Shown here piece after piece: positions 1 to 10,758 of a DNA stretch of 27,673 nt. The translations under genes and the position numbers were made by a program. Below the pieces are notes generated by a model. That model had not been told where the DNA came from and did no database searches. It saw nothing but the letters and a program-made list of their open reading frames with translations. The DNA is taken from positions 1 through 27,673 of the forward strand of contig JAZDMQ010000092.1 of the NCBI GenBank assembly GCA_043800755.1. Reading direction: 5' to 3'. Each line of letters opens with the position of its first letter. Positions within the stretch are counted from its first letter, which is position 1. This DNA comes from a bacterium (lineage in GTDB: Bacteria > Methylomirabilota > Methylomirabilia > CAVQYV01).

Positions 1-853
1 CCAGGGCGGTCTTCACATCCTCTTCCTCTTCGGAGAGGGGAATCCGTTCCCCCTTCCCCTCCACCTCATGGATCCGCTGCTGGACCTCGGCCAGATTCGG
101 AAGGCCTAACATTCCCCAAGCCTTCTCCCGGAGCATGCCAATATAGCCGATGTAATCGTATGTCCCTCCGCCGATCGCCCCGATATATACGGTTGCCTCT
201 ACCCAGGGGGGGCGGGCGGCCACCTCCGGGTATTTGTCAAAAATCCAGGGGGCGTAATCGGGGAGGCGCGGGATGAAGGTCCCTGAGAGGACCGCCCCCC
301 AATCCGGCTTGAAGTAGAGGGCAGAGAAGAGGATCGCCACCAGCATCACGGTAATGATGCCCAACTGTGCCTTTTCGAGGGCGTTATATCCTCCCAAAAG
401 GGTCAGGGTGATAAAGAAGAGGATCCAGAAGGTGCCCCACCAGAGGTGATCCCCGAAGTGGAACATCCACTTGCACAGGGTGCCCAGCAGCGAGGGCAAG
501 AAGGAGAGCCAGAAGGGAAAACACATGATGCTGAGGACGGCTATCAAGAAGGGGAACCACCCTTTGGGGCCGGGGAAATGGGCCCAGCGTTCAATGGGGT
601 GCTCGCCGGTGAGGGTCAAATACCTCATGGCGGTATAGCACTGAACCCATTTGAAGAAGCATCCCAGGACGAAGGTCCACATGATGGCGTAGCCGAAGAC
701 CGCCCCGCCCCGGGCCGCGAAGAAGGTCTCACCCGATCCAATGGTCAGGGAGGCCATGATCGCACCCGGGCCGAAGAACTTCAGCATATCCCCCAACTTC
801 GTGGACTTGATGGCATCAGACAATGGGGGGGCCTTGATCTTATCTTGAGCCAT
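1..853 (-). CDS. Nramp/YcsG-like secondary transporter, 3' end runs off the window
   Basis: Not in the ORF track; translated by hand from ATG at 853: MAQDKIKAPPLS...FFGPGAIMASLTIGSGETFFAARGGAVFGYAIMWTFVLG...YTAMRYLTLTGEHP. Matches the Nramp-like N-terminal pattern, has several hydrophobic helices, and a GGAGG RBS lies upstream. Confidence 0.8.
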   Translation of the reverse strand, partial: MAQDKIKAPPLSDAIKSTKLGDMLKFFGPGAIMASLTIGSGETFFAARGGAVFGYAIMWTFVLGCFFKWVQCYTAMRYLTLTGEHPIERWAHFPGPKGWFPFLIAVLSIMCFPFWLSFLPSLLGTLCKWMFHFGDHLWWGTFWILFFITLTLLGGYNALEKAQLGIITVMLVAILFSALYFKPDWGAVLSGTFIPRLPDYAPWIFDKYPEVAARPPWVEATVYIGAIGGGTYDYIGYIGMLREKAWGMLGLPNLAEVQQRIHEVEGKGERIPLSEEEEDVKTAL

Positions 854-1095
854 TATTTTCCACCTCCTCAAGGTTTCTTCTCGTTGACCAGTGTCGGAAA
901 AGGAAAAAAGTTCTGAATCTATCAACCTCCTTTCCTTCAATCCAGAATTAGCCCAGCATAAGGACTTCCATCTCCGAAGGGACCTGGCTGGCACTATCCA
1001 CCGAAAGGGAGATGTACTACCATAGTCCAAGAACCTGGTCCTTTCCAGGAGTTGGCTGGCTTCTCGCAGCGCCTCTCCTGCGTCGAAAGCCCATT

Positions 1096-1788
1096 TTACC
1101 TCTCGATGACATCCTCCCGCTGCAGGAGCTTACCCAGGCCCAGGATATCATAGATGATCTCCCCTTTCCGGATCCGCTCCCGCATCTTTTGTTCTTTTTC
1201 CACTATGGTTCGACCCTTCTCCAACACCTCTTGCATCCGGGCCTTGGGGACCACCACCACCCCATCCGTGTCGCCCACGATGAGATCGCCGGGGATGACC
1301 GGCATCCCCCCACAGTGGATGGGCACATTGATGGACCCGGGTGAGTCCTTCAGTGGTCCGACAGGGATAACCCCTTTGGCAAAAACGGGAAAATTCAGGT
1401 CTCGAATGCCCTCGATATCCCGAACGCCCCCGTCCAGGACAATCCCTTCGATTCCCTTGGTCTTACATACGAGACAGAGCAGGTCTCCCAGAATCGCCAT
1501 ATCGGGAAACCCACCGGCATCTACCACCAAAACATCCCCCGCCTTGGCGACCTCAGTGGCCTTATGCAACATCAGATTATCCGCCGGATAGATCTTGACG
1601 GTGATCGCCGGGCCTACCATCTTGCATTGCTCCAAGACTGGCTTGATAGAGGCAGACATTCCTCCATACCGGCCCATGGCATCGCAGATGTTGCCGGTCG
1701 CCAATTCCCGGAATCCCTCGATCATTTCTCTCTTCGGCCTTTCAATCTCCCTGACGATCAGATACATGAAGGTCCTCTCCTCGCTCAA
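1096..1788 (-). CDS. RraA family protein / HMG aldolase-like
   Basis: ATGNICDAMG, GPAITV, GDVLVVD, DGGVRDIEGI and PGDLIVGDTDGVVVVP motifs. Confidence 0.88.
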   Translation of the reverse strand: MSEERTFMYLIVREIERPKREMIEGFRELATGNICDAMGRYGGMSASIKPVLEQCKMVGPAITVKIYPADNLMLHKATEVAKAGDVLVVDAGGFPDMAILGDLLCLVCKTKGIEGIVLDGGVRDIEGIRDLNFPVFAKGVIPVGPLKDSPGSINVPIHCGGMPVIPGDLIVGDTDGVVVVPKARMQEVLEKGRTIVEKEQKMRERIRKGEIIYDILGLGKLLQREDVIER

Positions 1789-2522
1789 CCCATGAAAATG
1801 CCGCCATTGACACTAATGGTCTGGCCAGTGATGTATTTAGATTCCTGGGAGGCCAAAAAGAGAACGGAATCCGCCACATCCTGTGGCTCTCCCAACTTTT
1901 TCAAGGGGATCGTCTTGATCATCTCCTCCCTCGGGAAAGGCTGGGTCATCTCCGTGTCTATGACCCCGGGGGCGATACAGTTCACATTGATACCAAATGG
2001 TGCCAATTCCTTGGCGAGCGACTTGGTGAAGCAGATCACACCCGCCTTGGAGACAGAGTAATTGGCTCCCACCACCAATCCACCCACCTGGCCAGCCAGA
2101 GAACCTAAGTTGATGATCTTCCCTGATTTCTTTTGCTTGAGGATGGGCATCACTTCGCGGGCACAGAGAAAGGTCCCCTTCAAATTGACATCCAGGACCT
2201 TATCCCAGATCTCTTCAGGCATCTCCGCCACCGAACCCTGGTAGCAGATACCGGCATTATTGACCAATATATCGATCGTCCCCAAGGCCTCGATCGTCTT
2301 GGCTACCATAGCTTTGACCTCGCTCTCCATTGAGACATCGGCCTTGATGGCAATTGACTTCCTTCCCATCTGCTTGATGACATTAGCCACCCTCTCCGCA
2401 TCCGCAATACGGATATCGCTCACCGCGATGTGAGCGCCCTCCCGGGCCAGGGTGCGACAAATGGCCTCTCCCAAACCCCGGCCTCCCCCGGTAACTAGCG
2501 CGACCTTCCCTTCGAGGCGCAT
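1785..2522 (-). CDS. FabG-like short-chain dehydrogenase/reductase
   Basis: TGGGRGLG, NNAGI, YSVSK (YxxxK), NCIAPG and ITGQTISVNGG; start at MRLEGK behind a GGAGG RBS. Confidence 0.9.
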   Translation of the reverse strand: MRLEGKVALVTGGGRGLGEAICRTLAREGAHIAVSDIRIADAERVANVIKQMGRKSIAIKADVSMESEVKAMVAKTIEALGTIDILVNNAGICYQGSVAEMPEEIWDKVLDVNLKGTFLCAREVMPILKQKKSGKIINLGSLAGQVGGLVVGANYSVSKAGVICFTKSLAKELAPFGINVNCIAPGVIDTEMTQPFPREEMIKTIPLKKLGEPQDVADSVLFLASQESKYITGQTISVNGGIFMG

Positions 2523-2591
2523 ATGTTCCTCCTGTTTCTTGGAAATCAATGGAAAAAACCTTGGGGACGCTATCATAGAAAGGCGATAAAG

Positions 2592-3362
2592 TCAATCATT
2601 GGATGTATCTTTTTTGGGCGGGGGGGGTTGAGCCACCAGCTTCCTCAGTCGGTCTATTTCTTTTGCCTTCAGCCTGCGCCACCTGCCCGAAGGCAACTCC
2701 CCCAATTTGATTGGGCCGAACGCAACCCGTTTGAGCTTCAACACGGGGTGCCCGATCTTCTTGCACATTCGATGGACTTGGTGGTACTTCCCCTGGCGGA
2801 TCTCAATCAGGAGCCACGCGTTCTTCGAGCCCTTTCGTATGATCGCGGCCTGGCTAGCCGACATCTCTTCGCCTTTGTCCTTTATCCCCTCACAAAGAAG
2901 CCTCAGACTGAAAGGCCTGGGGACTCCCTTTACCTTCGCCTCATAGCTCTTGGGCATGTGAAACCTAGGGTGAAGCAGGGATTGGGTCAGAGGGCCGTCA
3001 TTGGTGAGGAGCAAGAGGCCCTCCGTGTGAAAATCCAGTCTTCCCACCGGATAGAGGCGGGGAAGTCCCTTGGGAAGCAGATCTAAGACTGTGGGACGTC
3101 CTTGCGGATCAGCAGTGGAGGAGATGAAGCCATCCGGCTTGTGAAGGAGGATGTAGACCCTTTCCTCCAGGGAAGGCAATCGCTGTCCATCGATTCTCAA
3201 GTCTGGGCATTGGTCGAGGCGGATCCTAACGCCTGGAGTGGTGATCGGCTGCCCACCCAGTGTTACTCTCCCTTCCTGGATCAGCCGCCCAGAGCCGCGG
3301 CGCGAGGCTACCCCTGCTTGGGCCAGGATCTGTTGGATCCGCATCGTCCCTGGCGAAGACAC
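2592..3362 (-). CDS. rluB: rRNA pseudouridine synthase, RluB/RsuA family
   Basis: S4 domain (GVASRR), HKP, GRLDFHTEGLLLLTNDG catalytic motif; follows scpAB as is typical. Confidence 0.88.
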   Translation of the reverse strand: MSSPGTMRIQQILAQAGVASRRGSGRLIQEGRVTLGGQPITTPGVRIRLDQCPDLRIDGQRLPSLEERVYILLHKPDGFISSTADPQGRPTVLDLLPKGLPRLYPVGRLDFHTEGLLLLTNDGPLTQSLLHPRFHMPKSYEAKVKGVPRPFSLRLLCEGIKDKGEEMSASQAAIIRKGSKNAWLLIEIRQGKYHQVHRMCKKIGHPVLKLKRVAFGPIKLGELPSGRWRRLKAKEIDRLRKLVAQPPPPKKDTSND

Positions 3363-3365
3363 TGC

Positions 3366-3911
3366 CTAAGATTCCTCCTCGATTCCCATTTCTTTTAGCT
3401 CCTCCAGGCTCGGCAGAGAGGTCAGATCCTTGAGCCCGAAACGCTGAAGGAATTTCCTGGTGGTCCCATAGAGTAGGGGTCGCCCTGCCTCGTCCTTTCT
3501 CCCCATCACTCGAATCAGACCCTTTTCCAGCAGGTTTCTGATCGCCTTTTGGGAGTCAACTCCTCGAATGGAATCAATCTCCGACTTGGAGGTCGGCTGA
3601 TGATAGGCAACGATGGCGAGCGTTTCCAACGAGGCCCGCGATAGCCTTGCCGGTCTATTTTCCATCAGCTTTCGGATCCAGGGGGCGATTTCTGGACGGG
3701 TATATAATTGGTACCCCCCGGCGATTTCTCTCACCTGCAGAGCCCCTTCCCTCTCCTCGTAAAGCAGTTGGAGCTTCTGCAGATTATCCTTGATTTCCTG
3801 CACCGTCAACGGGTGCAAGATCTCCTTGAGCTTAGGGAGGGTCAAGGGATCAGGGGAAACAAAGAGGAGCCCCTCGATGATATTCATCCAATCCGCTATC
3901 AATTCAACCAC
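3366..3911 (-). CDS. scpB: SMC-Scp complex subunit ScpB
   Basis: LSRASLETLAIVAYHQP, IRGVDS, GRPLLYGTT.FL..FGL..L..LP; probable GTG start at 3911. Confidence 0.95.
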   Translation of the reverse strand: MVELIADWMNIIEGLLFVSPDPLTLPKLKEILHPLTVQEIKDNLQKLQLLYEEREGALQVREIAGGYQLYTRPEIAPWIRKLMENRPARLSRASLETLAIVAYHQPTSKSEIDSIRGVDSQKAIRNLLEKGLIRVMGRKDEAGRPLLYGTTRKFLQRFGLKDLTSLPSLEELKEMGIEEES

Positions 3912-3921
3912 TCTTCTTCCC

Positions 3922-4629
3922 CTATCCCGAGCGATAAATCCGAATCTCGCCAAAGTTCTGGTATTGCCTTACCTTGAGGATGCCCCCTCGTATGAGCTCC
4001 AATAAACCGAGGAAGGTTACGATCATCTGGAGGCGGGATCGTCCCTTCCCCAGCAAGGACCTGAGGGTCAGAGATTCCTTTTCGGCAATACGGTCCAAGA
4101 TCTCCACCATGCTCTGACGGATATATAGTTCCTCTCGATCGATCAGAAAGGGAGGTTCCTGGTCGGCCTTCCTCAGGAGGTCATAGAAAACGGAAAGCAA
4201 TCGAAAAAGGTCAGCCTCGGGGTCTAAGACTTCTGGCCCTTCGGGGATCGCCTGGGGTTGACTGGTGAGCTGCAGCCGGAACTCATCTTCCTTGCGCTCC
4301 AGCAAAAGGGCGGCCTCCTTATATTTCTTGTATTCAACCAACCGCTCTACCAGTCCTTGCCGGGGGTCTTCCGGGGTAGCTTCCTCTTCCGGGGATGGGG
4401 GCTGAGGGAGGAGCATTTTAGACTTGATATAGATGAGAGTTGCCGCCATTAAAAGAAACTCCCCGGCCAGCTCCAGATTTAGCTCCTGCATCCTCATCAA
4501 GTGATCCAGGTATTGGTCGGTGATCTGGGCGATCGGGATGTCATAAATATCCACCTCGTTTTTCTGTATGAGGTGGAACAGCAGGTCAAGCGGCCCCTCA
4601 AAATCTTGGAGCTTCACTTCATAACTCAT
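3922..4629 (-). CDS. scpA: Segregation/condensation protein A
   Basis: FEGPLDLLFHLI, DIYDIPIAQIT, FLLMAATLIYIKSKMLLP, TFLGLLEL. Confidence 0.95.
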   Translation of the reverse strand: MSYEVKLQDFEGPLDLLFHLIQKNEVDIYDIPIAQITDQYLDHLMRMQELNLELAGEFLLMAATLIYIKSKMLLPQPPSPEEEATPEDPRQGLVERLVEYKKYKEAALLLERKEDEFRLQLTSQPQAIPEGPEVLDPEADLFRLLSVFYDLLRKADQEPPFLIDREELYIRQSMVEILDRIAEKESLTLRSLLGKGRSRLQMIVTFLGLLELIRGGILKVRQYQNFGEIRIYRSG

Positions 4630-5075
4630 CTCTCCTTTCCTCGCACTTGAATCCAGGGCTTAAGGCGCTCGTACCGCTTCTCTCCTATTCCGGAAACCTC
4701 CTGGATCTCTGAGATCTCGGTGAACCCTCCCCTTTTCCCTCGATAACGCACGATACGCTCCGCCAAAACCGGACCGATGCCGGGAAGATGTGTCAGCTCC
4801 TGTTGGGTCGCCTTATTAATATCCAAGGGGATTGAGGGAGGGCTTTTCTTTACATAAGGAATCCCGATGGCCTCACTGAGGGATCTTGCCTTATGAGAGG
4901 CAACGCCTGGTTTCCAATCGAGCTGCCGGGAGGTATTCGCAGGAACAAGGGGTCCGACGAAAAAGCTCATGGCCCGAAGGCCTAACAAGGAAGCTAGCAA
5001 CAGGAGAAGCAAGGCCTGCTGTCCCCAAAAGGTTTCTCTTCCGGCAGTGACATCTCGTCTAAAGGGTTGGGTCAA
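4626..5075 (-). CDS. ComEA-like helix-hairpin-helix DNA-binding protein
   Basis: N-terminal hydrophobic segment; DINKATQQELTHLPGIGPVLAERIV and EVSGIG HhH motifs. Confidence 0.85.
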   Translation of the reverse strand: MTQPFRRDVTAGRETFWGQQALLLLLLASLLGLRAMSFFVGPLVPANTSRQLDWKPGVASHKARSLSEAIGIPYVKKSPPSIPLDINKATQQELTHLPGIGPVLAERIVRYRGKRGGFTEISEIQEVSGIGEKRYERLKPWIQVRGKER

Positions 5076-6217
5076 CCTTTCCCCCCCTTTATGCGCCTTA
5101 TCTTCTCCCGCATGAGCTCAGCCTTCTCCAGATACTCCTTCGCCCTTTTGTGGCCTGAGTCGAGCGTCAGAACCTGCCGCCAAACAGAGATAGCCGCATC
5201 CAACTCCTCTTCCTGAAAGTAGCGAATCCCTTTCTGAAACAGGGTATCCACCTTTTCTCGAAAGCGAGCCTCGGCGAATGCCAGAAGATCTTTAGTCTCA
5301 GCATCATGTGGATCAATCTCCAGAAGAGACTTCGCTTCCTTCCGGGCCTGCTCCCAATCGCCTCTGGCAATGAGTTCGTGTACCTTCATCCGACGCTCTT
5401 TCAATCCCAGATTCAAGGGCGGGGAACCCTTGCCTCCCAATTTCTTTTCTTCCTGAAGGGCCTTATCGATTGCCTCCCGGTATCTCTTTCCTCCTTCATG
5501 GTCCGGTTTAAGGGAAAGCACGGCTTCCATCGCCTGCCTGGCGGCAGGATAGCTGCCTTGTTGAAAGTAATTCAGCCCGGCTTCATAACGCGAGTTCACC
5601 TCCAATTCGATGCGCTCGCAAATCTGGACTGACCTCTCCTGGGCCTCTCGATTGTCGGGATCGAAGACCTGCACTAATCTCAATTCATTCAAGGCCTCCG
5701 GGAGTTGTCCGTTTTCCTCCAGCCCCTGGGCCAGATTTAGATGAGATCTCACCAGTGGGGAAATGATATCCTGAACCTTTTGGATTCGCTCTTCCGCGTC
5801 CCTTCGTCGAGAATCAAGCAAAAACGCCCTCTGATATTCCTGGAGGACCTCTGACAGCCTTCCCTCTTTTTCCAGGTTGGATCCGTAAAGAAGGTGCACG
5901 GTCACCAATTCATTGAGGATGCCATTGGCCACCCTAATCATCTCCTGCGCTTGTTGGTAACGGGAGTGCCCTGCCGAAACCCTTTCCCATTCTTGGATGG
6001 CAGCCAGTAGTTCGCCCTTTTGATAGTTAGAAAACCCTTCTTCATAATGGGAAGGGACAGGGTGGGTAGCGAGTTGGGAAGCACAGGAAAACCAGGAGGG
6101 AAGGAGGATAAGGAGCACCAGGGTGTACCACCGGTGATGATAGTATAGGAAAGGTCTCGTCGAAGTTCTCGCCCTCGAGGCGGGGGGAAGCTTCCAAACC
6201 AGGGTTTTCGTAATCAT
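5072..6217 (-). CDS. TPR-repeat protein, possible lipoprotein
   Basis: Several TPR consensus repeats; hydrophobic stretch ending WFSC. Start codon uncertain. Confidence 0.75.
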   Translation of the reverse strand: MITKTLVWKLPPASRARTSTRPFLYYHHRWYTLVLLILLPSWFSCASQLATHPVPSHYEEGFSNYQKGELLAAIQEWERVSAGHSRYQQAQEMIRVANGILNELVTVHLLYGSNLEKEGRLSEVLQEYQRAFLLDSRRRDAEERIQKVQDIISPLVRSHLNLAQGLEENGQLPEALNELRLVQVFDPDNREAQERSVQICERIELEVNSRYEAGLNYFQQGSYPAARQAMEAVLSLKPDHEGGKRYREAIDKALQEEKKLGGKGSPPLNLGLKERRMKVHELIARGDWEQARKEAKSLLEIDPHDAETKDLLAFAEARFREKVDTLFQKGIRYFQEEELDAAISVWRQVLTLDSGHKRAKEYLEKAELMREKIRRIKGGKG

Positions 6218-6260
6218 TCTCTTGGCTCGCTAACCCAAAAGCTCGGTGGGCGGTTGGCGC

Positions 6261-7671
6261 TCACGTTGTTCTTTCAACGAGTGCTTCAAGTAATCCACTC
6301 ACCTCATAGATCTGAAGAGGTTTTTCCCTTCCCTTTAGACGAATGGGATCAAGGGGCTTTACCATGACCACGTTAGCCACTTCCTCATAGATGCTCTGAC
6401 TGATCAGGATCTGCCCCTCGGCTGCCAAGCCTTCCAAACGGGCCGCGATATTGACATTATCGCCGATGACCGTGTATTCCATGCGCTCTTCGAAGCCAAT
6501 GTTGCCGGTCACCACCTCGCCGGCGTTGATCCCAATACCAATTTCCACCTTCTCGAGCCCTCTCGCTTCTCGCTTCAGGTTGAGGGCTCCTATTTCCCTC
6601 CGAATATCCAGCGCCGCCAGAATGGCGCGAAGCGGGTGGTCGGGGAAAAAGATGGGCGCCCCAAAGACGGCCATGATGGCATCTCCCATGAACTTATCCA
6701 GGGTACCATCCCGCTTGAAAACGACTTTGGTCATCAGAGTGAGATAGTCGTTCAGCGTGCGGACGACCTCTTCGGGTTCGAGCCTCTCCGCAAGGCTCGT
6801 GAAACCTCGGATATCCGCAAACAGGACGCTGACCTCTTGTCTCTTGCCAACCAGGCTAATTCGCTCAGGATGCTGCAGGATCTCATCTGCGACTTGCTTG
6901 GTCACATAACGACCAAAAGCCTCCTCGATCAGTTTTTTCTTGCGCAGGCTTTCCGTCATCATATTGAAGGACCGGGTGAGCTCCCCTAATTCGTCGGAGG
7001 TGGTCACCTTGACCTGGTAGTGTATGTAGGTTTCCCGACCCGATTGCCCTTACCCCTTCCATAAGCCGTTGAATGGGGTAGGAGAGATAGGTAGCTAATA
7101 GGACCGAGCCGATAATCCCCGACAGCAAACTGAGGAAGGTTATCAGGAGGATCCGACCCACCGCCTTCATCACTGTTTCGGAAATGAGTTGGGTAGAGAT
7201 ACCGAGCCGCGCCGCGCCAATTTCCATTCCTCTATAGGTGATTGGCTCGGCAAAATCGAGAACGAACTCTCCCTCGTCTTTGATCTGGGAAATAACCAGG
7301 AGACCCCTCTGTTGGATCTTCACCCCGGATGTTCCGGGAAACGCCTGGCCTACGCGGGAAAAATCGCTGTGGGCTCGGACTCTCCCTTGTTCATCGCAGA
7401 TCATGGCGTAGACCACTGCCTCCGATTTCTTTACTTCCGACACAAACTTGTGCAAGAGAAGGTCATCATCAGAGAGCAGGGGCTCTTTGCTGTTCTCGGC
7501 CAAGGCATGCAACATGGCCGCTCCCCTCTTTTGCACTTCTTCGGTGAGGGTGTTTCTCTCGTGATACAAGAGGGAAACGCTGGTGAGCGCCATGGTCAGC
7601 AAAATAAGGAGGGTAATGAGGAGGGCCAATTTTACCCTGATGGGGAACCGCAACGCCTTATCCTTTGCCAT
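6261..7671 (-). pseudogene. Membrane class III adenylate/guanylate cyclase (TM-sensor-TM-HAMP-cyclase), frameshifted
   Basis: ORF 6883..7671 encodes the TM/sensor part and first half of HAMP; ORF 6261..7007 encodes the rest of HAMP and the cyclase (LFADIRGFT, DKFMGDAIMAVFG, EYTVIGDNVNIAARLE). Removing one TGTA of TGTATGTA at 7021..7028 joins the frames. Confidence 0.85.
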
Positions 7672-7704
7672 GATTGCGAAAATGGATAACCATCACGAAC
7701 AGGG

Positions 7705-7734
7705 AAAATTGGAAAGCGAGCCGGCCGCTCGCTT
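7705..7734 (-). terminator. Probable intrinsic terminator downstream of cimA
   Basis: Hairpin AAGCGAGC-CGGCC-GCTCGCTT (7714..7734) followed on the minus strand by TCCAATTTT; T-tract is imperfect. Confidence 0.5.
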
Positions 7735-7826
7735 AACATTCTCAGTATCCTGAGTTGATCAGAGTTTCTTCCATGCAACCTGAGGAAGGTCCCGTGCGCC
7801 CCTTCCCTCGATCGCCCCGTTCAACC

Positions 7827-9395
7827 CTATGGTGTCCTTTCAATATCCTTCAAAAGTTTGTATTCAAGACTGTCCACAAGCGCCTCCCAGCTAGCCTCAA
7901 TGATGTTCGACGATACCCCCACCGTCCCCCACTCCTTCTCCCCGTCGCCAGATTGGATGAGGACTCTCGTCTTCGAGGCGGTTCCTTCATGTTCATCGAG
8001 GATCCTGACTTTATAATCCAAGAGGGTAATATCCTTGAGGCAAGGGTAGAACTCCTCCAAGGCCTTTCGCAATGCATTATCCAGGGCGTTGACCGGGCCT
8101 TCCCCTTCCGCAGCAGTGTGCTCCACTATTCCTTTCACTAGGACCTTGATTGTGGCTTCGCAGTAAGGAGGATTGTATCCCTTCTTTTCCACGATCACCC
8201 GAAAGCCCTCCAGGTCGAAGAATCGTTGATATCGTCCCAAGGCCTTTTTCATTAGAAGTTCGAAGGAGCCCTCTGCTCCCTCGAATTGATATCCTTGGTC
8301 CTCCATCTCCTTGACCCGATTCAGGACCTCTTGGACAGCACCGCGGTCTCCTTCGTCCCGCAGAGATAATTGTTCGGCTTTGATCAAAATGTTACTTCTC
8401 CCAGCAAGCTCCGAAATCAAAATCCTCTGCCTGTTGCCGACCAGTTCCGGTGCAATGTGCTCATAGGTATTGGAGTTCTTCTGCACAGCGCTGACGTGAA
8501 TTCCCCCCTTATGGGCAAAGGCGCTGTCTCCCACAAAAGGCTGATGGGTCCAAGGCGGGAGATTCGCAAGCTCGCTGACGAAACGAGATAACTCCTTCAG
8601 CTTCCTTAGCTGCTCCTCAGAGATGCAATTCGCTCCCATCTTCAATTGCAGGTTGGGAATCACCGAACAGAGATTGGCATTACCGCAACGCTCTCCATAC
8701 CCGTTGATGGTTCCTTGCACCTGGCTTGCTCCCAATTCCACTGCCACCAGGGAATTGGCAACTGCTACCTCAGAGTCATTGTGAGTGTGAATCCCCCAGG
8801 GAACGGTTATGGCAGGCTTGACCTTTTCTATGATAGAGGCCATCTCATTTGGGAGCGTCCCTCCATTTGTATCACAGAGTACGACCATATCCGCCCCTGC
8901 CTCTTGGGCAGCAGACAAGGCCTTGGGGGCGTATTCCGGATTTCCTCGATACCCGTCGAAGAAATGCTCGGCGTCAAAGATCACCTCGGGAACGCGCTGC
9001 TTCAGGAAGGAGACCGAATCATAGATCATATCCAGATTCTGCTCCAACGACACCCGGAGGGCATTCTCAATATGAAAATCCCAGCTCTTGCCGAAGATGG
9101 TTACCACTTCCGTACCGGCCTCGAGGAGAGCCAAAATATTCGGATCCTTTTCCACAGAGAGCTTTGCGCGGCGAGTGCTTCCAAAGGCGGCAATCTTTGC
9201 CCGATCAAGCTGATATTCCTTGGCCCGCCTAAAGAACTTGATGTCCTTGGGATTCGATCCAGGCCATCCTCCCTCGATATAATGAATACCGAATTCATCC
9301 AATTTTCTTGCAATTCGCAGCTTGTCCTCCAGGGTGAATGAGATCCCCTCCCCTTGGGCTCCGTCTCTAAGGGTGGTATCGTAGAGAGTCAGCAT
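7827..9395 (-). CDS. cimA: Citramalate synthase
   Basis: [59 protein letters not shown], LeuA-type C-terminal domain; follows lysC. Confidence 0.93.
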   Translation of the reverse strand: MLTLYDTTLRDGAQGEGISFTLEDKLRIARKLDEFGIHYIEGGWPGSNPKDIKFFRRAKEYQLDRAKIAAFGSTRRAKLSVEKDPNILALLEAGTEVVTIFGKSWDFHIENALRVSLEQNLDMIYDSVSFLKQRVPEVIFDAEHFFDGYRGNPEYAPKALSAAQEAGADMVVLCDTNGGTLPNEMASIIEKVKPAITVPWGIHTHNDSEVAVANSLVAVELGASQVQGTINGYGERCGNANLCSVIPNLQLKMGANCISEEQLRKLKELSRFVSELANLPPWTHQPFVGDSAFAHKGGIHVSAVQKNSNTYEHIAPELVGNRQRILISELAGRSNILIKAEQLSLRDEGDRGAVQEVLNRVKEMEDQGYQFEGAEGSFELLMKKALGRYQRFFDLEGFRVIVEKKGYNPPYCEATIKVLVKGIVEHTAAEGEGPVNALDNALRKALEEFYPCLKDITLLDYKVRILDEHEGTASKTRVLIQSGDGEKEWGTVGVSSNIIEASWEALVDSLEYKLLKDIERTP

Positions 9396-9444
9396 TGAGT
9401 GGCTCCTTGGCGAACAAAGTTTTCAGCGCAACCGCTCCCTTTCA

Positions 9445-10680
9445 TTAGGATTCCTCGCTCGTCCCCCCTTCCCCCAATTTGAAGACATCGTGGAGAGCAC
9501 GAACCGCCAACTCGGTATATTTCGAATCAATGATGCAAGAGATTTTGATCTCGGAGGTACTAATCATCTGAATGTTGATGCCTTCTTTCCCCAAGCAGGT
9601 AAACATGGCCGAAGCTACTCCCGAATGACTTCGCATCCCCACTCCCACGATTGATACCTTGGAAATCTTTTCGTCGGATATGACCCGCTCGGCCCCAATC
9701 TCTCCTGCAATCTCATTGACGATCTCCAGAGTCCTTCTCAAGTCCGGCTTGGGCACGGTGAAGGAGATGTCCGTGTGGCCATCCTGGCTGATGTTCTGGA
9801 TGATCATGTCCACCACGATATGATCCTCAGCCACCTTGCCGAAGAGTTGGGCGGCGATACCGGGTTTATCGGGGACCCCCAAGATGGAAATCTTCGCCTC
9901 ATTCTTGTTGTAAGTCACGCCGGACACGACAACACGCTCCATATCCGCATCCTCCTTGACGACCATGGTCCCCGGATTGTTGTTGAAGCTGGAGCGCACA
10001 TGAATGGGCACCCCGTGATTCTTCGCAAATTCCACCGAACGGGATTGCAGTACCTTCGCCCCAAGGCTTGCCATCTCCAGCATCTCGTCATAGGAGATTT
10101 TGGAGAGTTTCCTGGCCTCTGGTACAAGATTGGGATCTGCGGTGTAAACCCCGTCTACATCCGTGTAAATCTCACAGACATCAGCCTGGAGAGCCAGGGC
10201 CATCGCCACCCCAGTCAGATCCGACCCCCCCCTACCCAGGGTGGTAACATCCTCCTCTTCGGTAATCCCCTGAAATCCTGCTACAATGGCAATTGCTTCC
10301 TGCTTCAACGCTTGCTCGACCCTTTGGGCGTTAATGCTCGTAATTCGCGCCTTGGTATGGGCATTGTCAGTCTGGATCCCCACCTGAAAACCGGTGAAGG
10401 AAATGGCCTTGTGTCCCATTTCTTGTATCGCAAGCGATAGCAGGCCTATGGAGACCTGTTCACCGGTCGCAAGGATCACGTCTAATTCCCGTTCATTGGG
10501 CGTCTTGGAGACCTGATGGGCCAGGCTTAAGAGGCGGTCAGTCTCCCCCGCCATGGCCGAGACGACAACAACTACCTGATTTCCTTTTTCCTTGGTCTCA
10601 ATGACCCGGCGCGCTACGTTCCTTATCCTTTCGATGTCCCCCACCGAGGTGCCGCCGTACTTTTGAACAATTAAGCCCAC
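9445..10680 (-). CDS. lysC: Aspartate kinase
   Basis: [30 protein letters not shown], two ACT domains, [12 protein letters not shown] start at 10680. Confidence 0.96.
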   Translation of the reverse strand: MGLIVQKYGGTSVGDIERIRNVARRVIETKEKGNQVVVVVSAMAGETDRLLSLAHQVSKTPNERELDVILATGEQVSIGLLSLAIQEMGHKAISFTGFQVGIQTDNAHTKARITSINAQRVEQALKQEAIAIVAGFQGITEEEDVTTLGRGGSDLTGVAMALALQADVCEIYTDVDGVYTADPNLVPEARKLSKISYDEMLEMASLGAKVLQSRSVEFAKNHGVPIHVRSSFNNNPGTMVVKEDADMERVVVSGVTYNKNEAKISILGVPDKPGIAAQLFGKVAEDHIVVDMIIQNISQDGHTDISFTVPKPDLRRTLEIVNEIAGEIGAERVISDEKISKVSIVGVGMRSHSGVASAMFTCLGKEGINIQMISTSEIKISCIIDSKYTELAVRALHDVFKLGEGGTSEES

Positions 10681-10758
10681 GCTGTATCCCCCTTCCCGGT
10701 TCATGGAAGTAGAGCCCTTCGCCGCGGAAACAGCCAGCTACGCTAAACCCTATTGAGG

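Noticed and set aside
446..916. 156-aa plus-strand ORF and the other plus-strand ORFs across 1-23.6 kb
   Set aside because: Antisense shadows of well-supported minus-strand genes.
960..1060. Possible riboswitch or sigma54 site upstream of the transporter
   Set aside because: Only weak pairing and no aptamer I recognise; TGGCAC is on the wrong strand and lacks the TTGC element.
5532..5549. CCTGCCTGGCGGCAGG resembles the palindromic insert
   Set aside because: It encodes part of YPAARQAMEAVL, which fits TPR spacing exactly, so there are no extra residues.
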